64,000 bases of DNA from Bugula neritina. Lineage: Eukaryota; Animalia; Bryozoa. A program made the translations under genes and the position numbers. The stretch spans positions 4,716,233-4,780,232 of the forward strand of contig OZ037772.1 of NCBI GenBank assembly GCA_964035545.1. The letters are read 5' to 3'. The notes under the pieces were generated by a model that was given only the letters and a program-made list of their open reading frames with translations, had not been told where the DNA came from and searched no databases. Shown here piece after piece: positions 1 to 18,011 of this stretch (position 1 is the first letter of the stretch; each line of letters opens with the position of its first letter).

Positions 1-48
1 TATATAATATATTATAGTAATAATACTTTCATCCAAAGGTGTCATATA

Positions 49-3407
<3,359 letters not shown>

Positions 3408-5199
3408 ATCAAAAGAGAGAACTGCATAAACACGTGTGGAATATACTAAAACAAATACTTTTGTGAATACAAGTGCTTTGTTGGCTTTGATGTCAGCATC
3501 CAATTTGTTATACCAATATAATAGTAGAATTATTAACCTCCTGAATAGTATAAGTTATTGTACAACAGCAAAAATGTATTCAAATATATCATATCATGCA
3601 TGTTTTTTATTCCCCAGTGACTACAATATTATTTATACGTGATTCAGTGTGCATATAATATAAAAGTGACATTTATTTATCGCTCACTAATTTGATTAAA
3701 ATTGAAAGTTTTACCTACCTGCCATAGAATCTACCAAAACTGTTAGATTAATTTGGAATTGTCTTTTCTCAACTCTTTTTTAAAGCTGTTACATAATATC
3801 TTGAAGGCATTACAAATAATTCATTTTATATACGGTATATATATGTAATCTGTTTTTGCAGATGATCATACACATATGTTTTTCACTTTTGGATTAAGTT
3901 ATTGTTAGAATTTTTTGAAAGTACTTTAAAGAATCCCTGACACACTTTACTTAAGCAGTGTAAAGTTATCACATAGCATAATTATTCTATATAAGTTGTA
4001 AAAGCAGCATAACGTAATGAATATCTAACGGTTCATTAAGCATTCACGGGTGCGTTTAGCGTAACGTTCCACTCAAATAGATTATCACATCACATGATTC
4101 TCGCATATATACGCTACGACTGCAACAGTTGTCAATTCATTAATTAGATAACAGCACGCCCTCGCCCATTGGCTGTAGCCTTACGTCTTGGCAGCCCGGA
4201 TGTTTCAGTGCAGACGTTGACCCTACAGTTAGTAGAATAGTAGCGCGCTAGCAATGCAAGTTCCATCGCATAAATAGCAATAAATTTTAATGATATAATT
4301 AACAAAATATAAATTAAATTAAAGAGGCACAGGTTTGTTTTGTTTTTCAGTATTTGTAATACTTTGAAGCTTTCCTTAAGTATTTTTTATCTATTTCAAC
4401 TTAATAATAAATATTTGGTTTACCTAACATGTTTAGGAATTTAACAAGTTTGGAATGCCAATGTGGCCTGTGCATGATAAAATTTATGGCTATGTGTTCA
4501 CTTTATAATATATTTCTCATAGAATTACGAATTCTTAAGGCAGGTTTTCCAGTTATTGCTCAGTTTGTCACAGGATAGTACCCTAATTTGTAGGTAGCTT
4601 AAAGTTTTACTTTTACTCATAACAGTATTTTACTGCAACTACTAATTCAAATCAACTTTGAAAACAAGTTCAATCTTTGTTTATGCGATACATGCACTAA
4701 TACTTGATTTAGCTGATATAATTACTTAACTTTGTCTATGGCAGTTAGTATTTAATGTCATTTTTATTATAAATTATATTATTTTTAGTAAACCTACAAT
4801 GTCGTTTCCTAGAGTCAAACTCACCCTAGCTAGCCACTAAAGGAAGGCAAGAGGTGAATAATCCAAATATTATATATATATGTTTGAATACTCTACAAGT
4901 CATAAATAATTGTTGGTTTTTATTTTTGTTGGTTTGGTTTTAAAAACCTATTATAATTGTATATATAAACCTACTTTTACAGTTTCTTACGGCAGTTGAA
5001 ATAAGTAAAAATAAAGTTACAAAAACGAACACCAGTACAACTCATCTATAGCTAGTGGCGATGCTACAAGCAGGATTAAAATATTCTTATATATATATTA
5101 GTTTTTATTTACATACTGTTTTAAGGTTGCATGCCTAAACAATTTTTTGTTTTTATAAAAACATATTTTGTGCGAGTATGTGTTGAATTGCTATACGAC

Positions 5200-6130
5200 T
5201 TTGACTTTATCACTACTATAAAACTTTTACTAATTATAGCTCACTTTCATTACATGCTATTTTTAGCTGCTGCACGGTACTGCACAGCCTAACCACTGAG
5301 ATAGTTTGAAATTTGTAGTTTGTAAATTAGGCCATAAACTAGAAAACCTGTAGTCATAGCAATTGCAACTCTAAAATTGTAGTAGTAGAGCATTATACAA
5401 AAGATTCTGTTGGCTTGGAAACCGTAATTATATTTTTCAGATCAAGAAAACAGCGCAGCTATTCAATTGGCCGGTCACACAAAAACAAAGCTTAGTGTTA
5501 TTGAAAACTTTGAGGAGAAAAATTTTGTTGAAAATATATTTCACTTGAAGATATTGTCATTTTGTTGTTAAAAGAAAATTAAAAAGCTTATTTATAGCAA
5601 AACTTTCAAATTATCAATGTCAAATTTTTAGCTCTGCTTATGGAATTTAAACCACAGACTAATCCGCATGGCCTCGCAAACTTAAAACGCTAATCATCAC
5701 ACCACCAGAGCTATACTGGGTCAGCTCAACACTACAAACTGCCAATATGTATAGGTTTATTTACCTATTTGTGAAAGCATCATATTTACATACATGTACA
5801 TACGATTCCCTTAATTGTTGTAATTTGTGTAGCTTTCTTGAAACAATCATAATTCATTTCTATTGAGACGTTTTTTAAAAAAATTACTCAGCAACAACAA
5901 ATTCTTTTGACAACTACTGGGTAAGGACTAGGCATCTTCAAAGAGCTAAAAGCGTTTAATGGTTTAAACTTCTTTAACTTCCTTTGTATTTCAAATCACG
6001 GGAATGCTGCTGCTATTTATGTATATACATCTTTTCAGATTTAGATGAGTTGGAAGTAATAAAATAGTTTATAACTTACAAATGTAGAATATTACAGCAG
6101 AATATACACTACGGCAGTTAAAATATTGCT
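5200..6130 (-). repeat. Inverted, internally deleted copy of sequence in about 7860-9860 (part also copied at about 12868-12970)
   Basis: Segments match as reverse complements, e.g. 5218-5370 vs 9690-9850 (aaaacttttactaattatagctcactttcatt / aatgaaagtgagctataattagtaaaagtttt), 5500-5650 vs 8790-8940, 5650-6100 vs 7900-8340. Confidence 0.75.
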
Positions 6131-6869
6131 TTACAGATATTATACATATGTGAGTAATAATTATTTTGATGCTCGCATGTCACATTCTTTCAGAAATTTA
6201 TGATATAATAGGGCAGCTTAATCTCTTGAAAAATGTTTTGCTTCTTTATGAAACAGTACAGCTTCTGGTTTTTGAAATAAACCCTTAACTTTAGATTTTT
6301 TTCAAAACAAAATAATAACAAAACAAACACAAAACAGTGTAAACTGTTGATGATGATAAATAAAACCTCACATCCCCCTGGCGCTATGAATAATCTTCGA
6401 GTGGATTAGGTTGAGAATTAAAAGTCGTTGACCTGTTTATTGTCAATTAAAAACTAAGTTTTCATAATTAAAGAACTTAAGAACCTTTCCAGATGGCCCT
6501 TCAATTTTTCTACTTTCTCAATAAAATTAACATATTAATAAATAATAGAATATGCAATGTAAAAATTACAATAATAAACTAGGTGAATATTCTCTAGATA
6601 TAATAATAAACAGAAAAAAAGATTTTCTTTCGAAAACAAAGTCTGCAAAGCTAGTTAGGGAATGATAAAAAAGCCAACCCATATCTTTCTTATTTAATTA
6701 TTTCGAAAGTATTTGTCTAAATGTTATTGAGGCATACATATACGATATATCAAGTATGGTCAAAACCATTTTGCAAATAGTCAAGTACCAATATCGCTAT
6801 TTGGACAGCAATAATATTTATCTCAATTAATAAATCCTCACTCTAATAGAGCAGCCTTGTTCTTGGTCT

Positions 6870-7040
6870 TGTGGAAAAGAAAGTCATGGGCTCAATCCCC
6901 AGTGACGGCCATTCATGATGTTAGAAAAAGCATCGAGTCATAAATAACCCCATGTGCCACATATGAACAATAAGTCCTTCACTGAAATCTACTTTCATTC
7001 ATGATTTCCCACAGATATTGTAGTGACTCTAAGCCTGTGT
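6870..7040 (+). mobile_element. Degenerate tRNA-derived SINE copy (duplicated at about 23320-23480)
   Basis: gtcatgggctcaatcccc..ggccatt..tgatgttagaaaaagcatc..gtcataa..aagtcctt matches the intact SINE at 17799-18011. Confidence 0.65.
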
Positions 7041-10000
7041 AAGCATATAACAGATATACTGAGTGTATTGCTTCTTCACTCTAATGAAACACAACATATA
7101 CCAAAAAACGGAAAGCTAAAAACAATCTTTGATACTTTTAATTCTTTTTCGTTATTGTTATGTTGTTTTTGCTTTTATATTTGTTTTTCAAAACAAATTA
7201 GCTAATGATTTATTTAAAAACATAGAAATTGGGCTATTTTTGTTTTATATAAAATAGAGTAGGCTGACTATTACATTATAACGCTGAAAGAAGTTGACAC
7301 ATCAAAGGAATCATTGTATACCCTCCATAGATATAATAATCAATGCATATATGTAGCAACATGCATTGCCTATACTTATTAAAAACGATTCATTGTTTTA
7401 ACAAGTAAGAAATGGGTATACATTACTATAAGACTCCTTTTACGTTTTCATCATGGGTGCATGATTTATTGAAATGATAATTGAGCCTTTACACAGTCAT
7501 CTTGGTAATTATCAATTGAAGTACATTAGATCCTGTTAAATGTTTTACCAATATGACACTAATCTACTCACAGCCTACTTAAGAACTATAAATGACAAAC
7601 TTAAGATAATATATTAATCACTTGCCTGTTAGACTGTATGGTAGTTTTCAGGGATTATGATTTGCTGAAAAAACTTTTTAGAGTACGTTTGCACGGCTGC
7701 TTAAAAAATAATTTTTATAGTTGATTAAATGTCGGATCTAGCACTACTTGAACAATAACCCTGTTATATAACAAGAGGTCTACATCAATCTAAAATGCTG
7801 TGCTACAGTAGCTTTCACAAAACACAAATTTTATTCTACATGCAGATTTATTCGTCCATATTATTTGTATATTTGTAAAGCACTATTGTAGCTGCCGTAA
7901 TGAATATTCTGCTGTAATTTTCTACACTTGTAAGTTATAAACTGTTTTATTACCTCCTAAGTCTGAAAAATGTATATAGGTAAAGAACAGTACCATTCTG
8001 ATGATTTGAAATACAAAGGATGTTAGTTAAAGACAGCTTAAGCCATTAAACTATTTTAGCTCTTTAAAGATGTCTAGTCGTACCAAGTAGTTGTCAAAAG
8101 ATCGAATTCACTGCTGCTTTAAACAGTTTTTTTGAAAAAAAGTCTCAGTAGAAATAAATTATGGTTGTTTCAAGAAAACTACACAAATTACTCCAATTAA
8201 GGGAATTGTATACGAATATAATGTTTTTATAAATAAGTAAATAAACTTACAAATATTTGTAGTTTGTAGTGTTGAGTATTGCATAGCCCTTGTGCTATGA
8301 TGATTAGTGTTTTAAGTTTGTGAGGCTTTATGGATAAGTCTGTCGTTGTCACAAATTTCACTTTATAAACTTTGCTACTGTTATGATATGTGTTTTTCTC
8401 TTTTTAATATTTAGCTTACACTTATAGTTAGTATGGCAGCAAGGCTATGCAAGTAGTGTTGTGCGATAATTAATTACATTTTTAGTCACACTTTATTGGC
8501 TAATTAATAGTGCCTATTCTACATGAGTAATGCACAGTGTGGAATGTGGTAGTATTCTCTAGACATATCAATTTAGTATAGAAGCAGATGCTTGACTTGT
8601 AAAAGTGCAGTTCTTTTTCATAAGTTGATCTGTGTTTATTTTGCTGGAGAAATAAAGTCTACTTATATTCACAACTCTATTTACTCTCAACTGGCTTAGC
8701 AAGCTGTATGCTACTTGTCTATACACTTCTGACTAACAAACTTCTCGAACTTGTCACACTGCTACCATTATAGTTTTGTCACATTACTTTAAATTCCATA
8801 AACAGAACAAAAAAAATTGACATTTAGAATTTGAAAATTCTGCTAAAAATAGGCTTTTCATTTTTCTTTTAGCAAAAAAATGACAATATCTAAAAATGAA
8901 ATCTTTTTCAAAAAAAATGTTTCATGAAAATTTTCAATAACACTAATTACTATAAGCAGTGAGAAATTTTCAAACTAAAATTTCTCTGAGCTTCTGGCAG
9001 ACATATTGTTTTTGTTTTCGTCACAAATACATTTAAAGACTACTCAAAATTGCTACATAATTTTTGTTTGGGTTATGCATCAGCCAGTAATTGTCTAGCT
9101 TTGTTTTTGTGTGACAAGCCCATTAAATGGCTGCACTGTTACACACCAGATCAATAGCACAAAATGGAGTTATCATTTTTATATCTGGTTTTATGCAAAG
9201 ATGCTCAAAACACTAAGTATTAAATCAAATAAGTCACTTAGTCGAAGCGATTTCAAGAGATAAGTAAATAATGGTTTAGAATATATGTTTAAGTGCAAAG
9301 AATGTTGTATGCAGGGTTACATAAAAGACAGTGGTAAGATTTAGTAAAACCTCATACAGGTTATTGACTTTTAGAAAATTGCAGGTTGTCACTGACTAAT
9401 TTATATATTTTTGTGTAAACTAGACATTGTTATGTTGCTGCCTTATGCACACACATCCTTTCTAGCTATTTACCATCTAGGCTAAAACTTTCTAACATAA
9501 GAAAATTACGACCTCAGTAATGTATTTATCTGTTTATTCATATCAACATTAACTTATTTCAGATATAAAATACATCAGATTATAACTATAACTGAGTGCA
9601 GAAAAAACTAAGTTCTTTGTTATGTAGATGTTTTTATCAGCCAAAACCTATTTTAGAAATTGTACTACTTTTCATAATATACAATTGCGACAGTAGCAAT
9701 TGCTATGACCACAGGTTTTCTAGTTTATGATTTAATTTAAAAACTACAAAATTCAAGTCATCCCACTGATTATGCTGTGCAGTGTGTAGCAGCTAAAAAC
9801 AGCAGGCAATGAAAGTGAGCTATAATTAGTAAAAGTTTTATATTAGTGGTAAAGTGAAAGCTTAAAAACGTCACCCCCTCCCCTCACCCAAGCGGTTAGA
9901 ACCCTAGTTAACCAAAGTAGAATATTTGCTAGCTCCATCTTAGCTCTCTAAAATGGTTCTTTACTTAAAAAATCTTTAGCATTTACCCAATGTCATTCTT

Positions 10001-10919
10001 ATGTCAATAAGTGTGGATCAACCACTATATATAATAGCTCAGATGTAGATTTATCTACGCATGTCTACTGCATTACGCAATGCTTCATTAATACAGTCGC
10101 ACACTATATTTTATAATGAGTAAGTATGCTAATCTACATACTAATCAATTTCTAAACACTACAGAACATTCATAAACTGAAACTAATTTCACATCAACTA
10201 TTGATGTACGGAATTACAGCCCCAAAAATGCTATCTAATAAGCATGCATATAAACAAAAACCCAGTAGAAGCTTTGGACATGAAACATCAAATAGGTATT
10301 GTTTTCCAATTGTACTTTTGGAAAGATTTTTTCAGCAAAATTTTTCAACTGCAGACAATTGTTATAACAGACAAAATAGGACACCTTCTATTGTTTAATC
10401 TAAAGAAGAGAAGTTTCAGAAGTTATGAGAAAAGTTGCTGTAAAATAATGGGTAGTTTAACTGTGTAGATATAAGGAAAGGTTTAAGTTTAAAGTGGCAT
10501 TGGATTGGCACCAGCTGTATCATATTCTATGCCAAAAGCATATTGGTAAAAATTTAAACCCCAATACCGACAACTTGGTATTAGGAAGAGCAAATAGACA
10601 TAATTATTCTTGTGTTGCAAAAAATGTGCATAGACTTCAATAAAATTAATCTGGCTGTAGAGATCTCACAAGGATGGTGACTTTCAAATGACACAATTGT
10701 TTTTTTGCAATTAGAAGTAAGTTCAATAATATTATTATAATAATATATAATCTTTATAGTTATTGACTTAAAATCTTATAAATGTCTTCCTCACTGCCAC
10801 GCAAAAACATTGGATTGCAGTGGGGCGCTATATAGTTCTGCCCAACTAAAACATGGTCAACCATAACCTCAAGCTATCTAAGTATATCATGTGACAATCT
10901 TGCAGGGCCATGGATACCA

Positions 10920-11335
10920 TGTATAGTATATTATGTAATATATTGAGTGTATTATATTATGCAATATATTGAGTGTAGTATATTATATAGTATATAGAGT
11001 GTATTATATTATGTGGTATATAGTGTAGTATTATATGTAGTATATAGAGTGTAGTATATATTATGTAGTATATAGAGTGTAGTATATTATGTAGTATATA
11101 GAGTGTAGTATATTATGTAATATATAGAGTGTAGTATAATATGTAGTATATAGAGTGTAGTATATCATGTGGTATATTCGGTATATTGAGTGTAGTATAC
11201 TATGTAATATATAGAGTGTAGTATATATTATGTAGTATATAGAGTGTATTATATTATATAATATATAGAGTGTATCATAATATGTAGTATATAGAGTGAA
11301 GTATATTATGTAGTATATAGAGTGTAGTATAATAT
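10920..11335. repeat. 26-bp minisatellite (gtagtatatagagtgtagtatattat)n, about 16 units
   Basis: Tandem units of 14+12 bp; same unit and same upstream flank as the arrays at 18860 and 26370. Confidence 0.9.
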
Positions 11336-12786
11336 GTCAATCTAGCAAAGCACTGGTTGCCTTTTCAAAAGGCGGAGTAAAAATTCGTGCAACACCCATT
11401 TTAGCACGACACCACAATTGATCACTAAAATTTGGGTAAGCAAGAGTGTCACAAAAATGTTTGCTCTATATTTTCATGTTTTTTGGGCACATTATAGGCT
11501 ATATAGTTATAGAAGAATTTCATGCTGCATTTCAATATTTGCATTTATATTCAATATATTTTTAATTCTAAAAATCGTATAACATTATGAACAAAAAACT
11601 TGAACGCTGATCACTGGATTAGTATTTTGTTAAAACCTTTTAAATTTGGTGAAGCAGATAATGTGGCTAAGTTTTAATCGTTTTTACCTTTACCCTTTGT
11701 TTTATTGTTTTGTTTGCTTATTTGAATGTTTTTTGACTCTGTGGCTTGTAATATACCATGAATAGATAACGAAATATTTTTCTTAAGAGAAAAGCATTTT
11801 ATAGAAAAAATATTTTATAACTTTTCTGCCCAATAATAATATTCATAAATTTATGAATAAAAATAAGATTATTTTTATTTATTAAAAATAGCTCCTTGGT
11901 GCCCTATAGAGTTTTGGGCAACAGCACAAACAAAGGCAGATAACCACTATTTCACTATAGATGTGTTTTGAAGCAAAGGTTTTGGGGGAAATAACTGTTT
12001 AGCAAAAGGGTATATACAAACATCTCTTACATATTCTGCATACTGGAATCGTTTTTGCATTAATATTAGCAATGGTTTCCAATATTTGCAACATCAGTGA
12101 ATTAACCACAATGGGGGGGGTGGGGGGGGGGGTAAATATAAGTAGACAGTCTAAAACTGTGGTATAGGCTATCATATAAATAGTTTGCAAAAATATTGTA
12201 TTTTTTCTGGCTTTATCTATCTAGTTAGTATTTGTACCAGTCTACTCATCTTGGTCCAAGATGCCGATAAATCAGCTTAACAGATCCTAGGCTACTTTTT
12301 GAAATTTCTCTTGGTATCTCTACGATATTTTGAACTAGGATATTGAATTAGATTTGCCCAGTCAAACCTCGCATCACTCTATAGGACCCTAAAGGACACT
12401 ATATAAAATAATATATCACTCTATGAAGTACTGGACCACTCCATGCCAGATTCTAGACCATTCTAGTAGATTTTGTACCACTCAATTTTATTCTGGATTA
12501 CCTTAATACATAATAGACTAGAATTCATGCTAGCAATTTTTAAACCATCTTAGTTTGGGAAATGTGATACACAGACTCGGGTTTTATAATAAATAACATG
12601 AGCACATGATGGTTGTGGTACCTAGTGTAATTTTTCATGAGGTTTCATGGCTGAGCAAGTTTTGATTCTCTACTTAATGCATTTTAAGGCTAAAAATCAA
12701 GTTCCTGCAGATGTGGTTTTATTATTTTAATTCATATTTTCTCTATTACCACAGGAAACAAGATGTAACTGGAGAAAAAAGTATAG

Positions 12787-12788
<2 letters not shown>

Positions 12789-12866
<78 letters not shown>
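12789..12866. repeat. (TA)n microsatellite
   Basis: Pure TA run. Confidence 0.95.
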
Positions 12867-12869
<3 letters not shown>

Positions 12870-13483
12870 AAGGAAGTTAGTTAAAGAAGTTTAAACCATT
12901 AAACGTTTTTAGCTCTTTGAAGATGCCTAGTCCTTACCCAGTAGTTAAAAGAATTTATTGTTGCTGAGTAAACTTGCAAATAGCAGAAGCAAAATAACTT
13001 TAAGCAATAGCTGATAAAAACTGCTATAACGTTGAACCTATTAATTGGTTGTACTTATATTTTTAGTTTCATCCAGTTGGAAGTCATATCTGAAATACTA
13101 ATGTTAACATAAACAAACAGCTAGATATATTGCTGGAGTTATTATTCAATTGTTGGGGTAAACAGTAATAAAAATAGTGTTGGTGTAGACACCGAATAGC
13201 AAGATATGTTAGAAAGATTGTGAATACAAAAGGCAGCTACATGGAAAAAGATATTATACACAAAAATATCTAAATTGTATATAGTCAGTAAACTGTAATT
13301 TGCCAAAGGTTAAAATACCAAACACTGTGCCCGACCTAGTTTATTACTTTACTTATGACCTTCTTATCATTAAGATGTATAATATTATAATCCAAACTAT
13401 TAATATTCACTTATCTCTCTAAATTGCTAAGATTAAGTGCCTTATTTAATTTATAACATTATTGCTTTTATCAATTTGCATAT

Positions 13484-14041
13484 GATAAAGATGACTGCAA
13501 TTGAATGAATCTGCAGGACAGTAAAAGATAATTGCCACCAGATACTGCGATCTGAATGCAAGGCCTCAGGTTTGTAAGCAGGTGTGCCGATCATCACACC
13601 ACAGCCTCATTATGCTCATTTTCACTTCAAACTTCATGAGCGCTAATATAAAAATATTTTCGATTAATTTTAACCTCTTCTCATGTAGCAGGCCTATCAT
13701 TCAAGTAGTGCTAGTTCTGTCATTTAAGCAGCAGAAGAAGTTGTTTTCCAAAACATTGTAAGGGCACATTATAAAGTGCTTTAATCTGGTTCAACTATTG
13801 GAAAACTACTGAAGCAGGTAATATTGTAAGTTATCTGTCACTTATCTTGCTTAAGTCAGCTTTGAATTGATTAGGGTTATAATGTTAAAGTATTTGCCAG
13901 TTACTAATTTACTTCACCTGATGATTACTAAGATGAACGGTTTGAGAGAAAAACTATCTCACTAATTCGCCAAACTAGAATTTATGTGAATGAAGCCTGA
14001 GTACACATGGACTTGTTTCTACACACAGGCACACACACACA

Positions 14042-14109
<68 letters not shown>

Positions 14110-14165
14110 TGCACGCACGCACGCATGCACGCATGCACGCACACTTGCATGCACTTGCACGCACT
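13484..14165 (+). repeat. Duplicated block Y copy 1, ending in a (GCAC)n microsatellite (paralog 21733-22640)
   Basis: ataaagatgactgcaattgaat...ccagatactgcgatctgaatgcaaggcctcaggtttgtaagcag is shared with 21733-21830; (GCAC)n at about 14030-14165. Confidence 0.9.
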
Positions 14166-15088
14166 TGAGGTTTAAAAGGCTTTCCCAACATGTAATGCAG
14201 TTAACATCATCGCATCAAGTAAACATCAATTACACACAGTTTATAGGTGTTATATTTATTACAATCTAGTGTATAATATTTTATTTAGATGCAATAAAAT
14301 CTATCAAATTAGACTTTAATATGAAGCACTATTTGCTACTTATTGAACAATTCTCTTTAATATTTATTGAGTCACACTTGAATAACTCTACCTCATTATT
14401 TTGACGTATACATATGCATATGTATTGTAGCTGATAGTTGTCACCTGTCAACAGGTATAATATTGTGACATGAATAATGTTTCATCAGAATGCTTGGTAC
14501 CATGTAAATGTGTCACCTGCCCAGACTTATAACCCACACTAATTATTTTGATATACGTAATTAAAACTCTATGCATCAATTCAAGCACAAATGACATCTT
14601 TTTGAACTATGGAGCTTGTTTTGTGAATATAATTGAAGGTTGATAGTTACATAGCTGTAGGGATAAAGTCTTGACAGTACTCGAGTCTGGTTTAAACGGC
14701 TAAAAGTATTTGCAGACATCTGTAAAAATAGCTTGGCTTGTTGACAAGTACAAGAAAGACAACAAATATATAAATCTGCAGTGTTAAACTTCAAAAAGAT
14801 TATAACTATATTAGTCATGTAACAACTTGTAAAAATAGACAAGTACTGCGTGTAATGCTGCACGAACCCTCTAAATTACTCCTGATGGGCAAAAGAGAAA
14901 AGAAGCAATATGCTGCCTATTGGTGAATAACACAAAACTTCGGGTTTTATTACTTAATTTTTTATATTTTTTTTTTTCAAATTTCAATCATAACATACAT
15001 AAGAATCAATTGAAAAAACGGAACTTGCGTTGTCTGACTTCATTACATTATTGCTACACAGCATCAAATTAGTTTCTTTTTTCTTTCT

Positions 15089-16258
15089 TTACGTTTTGAT
15101 AATAACTCCGGTCTCACTAGTGCTCCACCCACTACTGTCTCGCCCACCACTGCCTAGCCCAATACGGTCTCGCCCACCACTGCCATGCCTATGTTCCTTA
15201 GGCCTCCTTCTTTCAAGCATATTTGATCTATTGTTATATGGAACTCTTCTTCCATGTAATGCTCCGTATCTACATTCTCCTCTTCTACATTCTAAGAACA
15301 CAACATAAAGGAGTTATCTTGAGCTTCATGATAATGGCATAAAATATAAGTTTCGTTAAATGGCTGTGATAACATCTATATAATTAACTTTGTGAGCCTA
15401 ATTTTTTATTATCTCTTTATATTTATTACCCTAATTTGGTATTTGGCCTAGCCTAGACAAATTTACAATTAATAATGTCTTTTCTTTCAGGCGTTTAAAC
15501 AGCGAATCTTTCCAGATTTGAAATTAAAAAATACATAACAAGAAAAACTTTGCTGAATTATTATAAATTATTATTTATTTTAAAAAAAGTTATTTTTTGT
15601 TTAAATAACACCTTTTCTGAGCTACATTCACTTAGAAGTACAGTATAGATTGACAAACTGAAAATATGTTTTACATGTTGTTAGGGTAAAGAGTAGTTAT
15701 ATTAAGAGATTTTATTAATTTCATGATGTAGAAATCGCTTTAAAACAACTAAACATTTCCTGCTGGTATATCATCCAAACCTAGTACAATATCTAGATTC
15801 AGGGTTTTGTCTTAATATTATGAATTGCACAAAGAAGTGATGCAAGAGTATAGTCACTACCTCTGTGAGCACCCCTATGGAAGCTGGCTATATAAGGACT
15901 TATTGATATGTAACACAGGAGCCACTATGGCTGGATATTTTTTCTATAACATCACTAATGTGCTTTAAAGGCTTATCCTATACTATCCAGATCTAGTGTG
16001 TTTGATACAGAGATTATTGTAATATCTCTAGACCAGCAATAACATAGTTATCTAGTTTTAATACCCATATGATGGTATTTTAATTACAATCTATATAATC
16101 AAAAACACTACACTTTGTTACGCATAATAACTAATATTATATGCATCTTTATACAGAAAGAAATATTTTAACTTACCACTGGGGCGAGATGTGGCCAAGT
16201 CAATAAATAATGTAAGGCACAGCACGGCCACCAAAATGGTAAGCAGGATGGTTTTCAT
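15089..16258 (-). CDS. Orphan secreted Arg/Gly-rich small protein / peptide precursor, 2 exons, about 94 aa
   Basis: Exon 1 16258-16177 MKTILLTILVAVLCLTLFIDLATSRPS with a perfect G|GTAAGT donor (phase 1). Exon 2 15291-15089 follows ttcttAG: ECRRGECRYGALHGRRVPYNNRSNMLERRRPKEHRHGSGGRDRIGLGSGGRDSSGWSTSETGVIIKT*. Both exons are GC-richer than their flanks. Confidence 0.65.
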
Positions 16259-16481
16259 TGCTTGGAATATAGTTTAAATCTTTTTATTCTATCAAGAAAT
16301 AGTTGTAAAAGTAAATATACGAGCTTGTTCACAGACTGTATGTAACCTGCATATGAGTCTTTTCCCTTGATTTAGTACACGCTCATCAATTTTAATCTTT
16401 AGATATATTTTAACTTGAGCAGCTAATGTATAGAATTTGTTGCCCTAACTTATTACAATAAAAACAAGTACAACTAAATAA

Positions 16482-16612
<131 letters not shown>

Positions 16613-17798
16613 TTTTAGAGTATAACAATGAATTATCGAATTTCAAAAATTATTACGTTACACTATGCATGGCACAAAAATAGAGAAGAGAAAAACAGTA
16701 AATTTCTAAGGCAATCAGAACATGAGACCTACCAGTACAAAAGATCAACAGATATGGTCATGATTCTGTTCAACTTCCAGTCTTTTATATAAAATCTTTT
16801 AAACCGTCTAAAAGGCACTACTTTACATTTTTGAAACTAAGCCTTTGATGATAGTAAAATTATTACCATGGCTCTGAGGCTTTAATAACTCTTTGAGTGG
16901 TTTATGTTGAAAATAAAAAATCAGTGACATCTTTAATCTCAATTTATGTACTCAAAAGGAATCGCGTGATTATCTTCATATTATTTTCATATCTCTACAT
17001 TTGACGTGTTATTGGTGTTTTATAAACATTATTTGGCATAGTGGCTGTGTGCAAGGCTTGGTGAGCTGGTTCAGATTAGTTAGCTTTTGGTCCAAAAAGC
17101 TAAACGGCTGCTCTAGTCAACTAATAGGCTAGCAACGCTACTAAAAACCTTAGACCAGAAGGCTAAAAGCCCGGTTCAAGAAAGCAAGACACTGGTTTAC
17201 TTGGCTTCAGGAAATTCTTTAGTAAACGAAGTTTTAAGCAGTTAGTCCAGTGAGAGTCTGGTCTAAAACTCTAGTTGCTGATTACTAAAAGGGTGGCCTG
17301 TAAGCAGCAGATTTGTCTCAGTAAAACAGATAAAAAAGCAATGCCTCTATGAAAATATTTTCCTCTGCAGTTTTTAAGTTGTCCTATCCTTTAACGCCTA
17401 CATTATTTTTATTCAACAATGTCTGAATTAAAAAACATCATTTCCCTGAAAAATTATACAAGAAAAATATCTATCATGTTCATATTTTAGATTTGCAGAA
17501 TATTTGAAAAACTGCAATCGGCTGCTCTAACTGCAGTTACACCACAGGGGCTATATATAACTAGGTCAACTCAGTACTACAACACTTTTATATTTTGATT
17601 GAATCATACCCTTTATAGATACGCGGCATGATTATTTTGTGAAAAATGTTTAATTGACCAAAGTATAGTTTAAGCTAGTTCCATCATAGCTCTCCAGAGG
17701 TGGTTTACCAAATGTCATTCTTATGTCAATAAGTGTGTGGTAACAACTACATATAGCAAAGATGTAGATTTATCTACCCATGTTTATTGTACTGCGAA

Positions 17799-18011
17799 GG
17801 GAGCAGCCATGGTCTAGGGGTTAAAGCGTTTGCTTTGTGAACCCTTAGTCATGGGTTCGAACCCCGACAAAGGCCATTGGTGATGTTAGAAAGAGCATCA
17901 AGTCATAATTGCTCATGTGTCTCATTTAAACAAGTCCTTAGCTCGTTCTAATAAAAACCCTTTCCAACAGGGGATTCTCACAGGGATAGTAACTATAATA
18001 AACTTGCTTGA
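17799..18011 (+). mobile_element. tRNA-derived SINE, full length, 17-bp TSD
   Basis: Pol III box A tggtctaggggt and box B ggttcgaacccc. TSD gtttattgtactgcgaa (17782-17798) / gtttattgtattgcgaa (18012-18028). Paralogous blocks at about 10064 and 25546 carry the empty site. Confidence 0.85.

Larger units (their letters stand above)
6350..11340 (+). repeat. Local segmental duplication, block X copy 1 (paralogous to 22790-26600 and partly to 17706-20300)
   Basis: Long near-identical stretches, e.g. 6404 gattaggttgagaattaaaagtcgttgacc vs 22849. The duplicated ORFs 7023/23463 and 10201/25684 reflect this duplication. Confidence 0.9.

Noticed and set aside
7023-7205. Repeated ORF pairs 7023/23463 and 10201/25684
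   Set aside because: Similarity comes from the non-coding duplication; non-ATG starts, indels between copies and no motifs.
12113-12132. Poly-G tract with G-quadruplex potential
   Set aside because: Isolated homopolymer with no associated gene or other supporting structure.
17040-17330. Slightly GC-richer stretch resembling coding sequence
   Set aside because: The best-looking frame has several stops, no ORF of 60 aa or more is listed here, and there is no recognisable motif.
17799-17875. tRNA gene
   Set aside because: Has A/B boxes but no convincing acceptor stem; continues into a SINE body and is flanked by a TSD.
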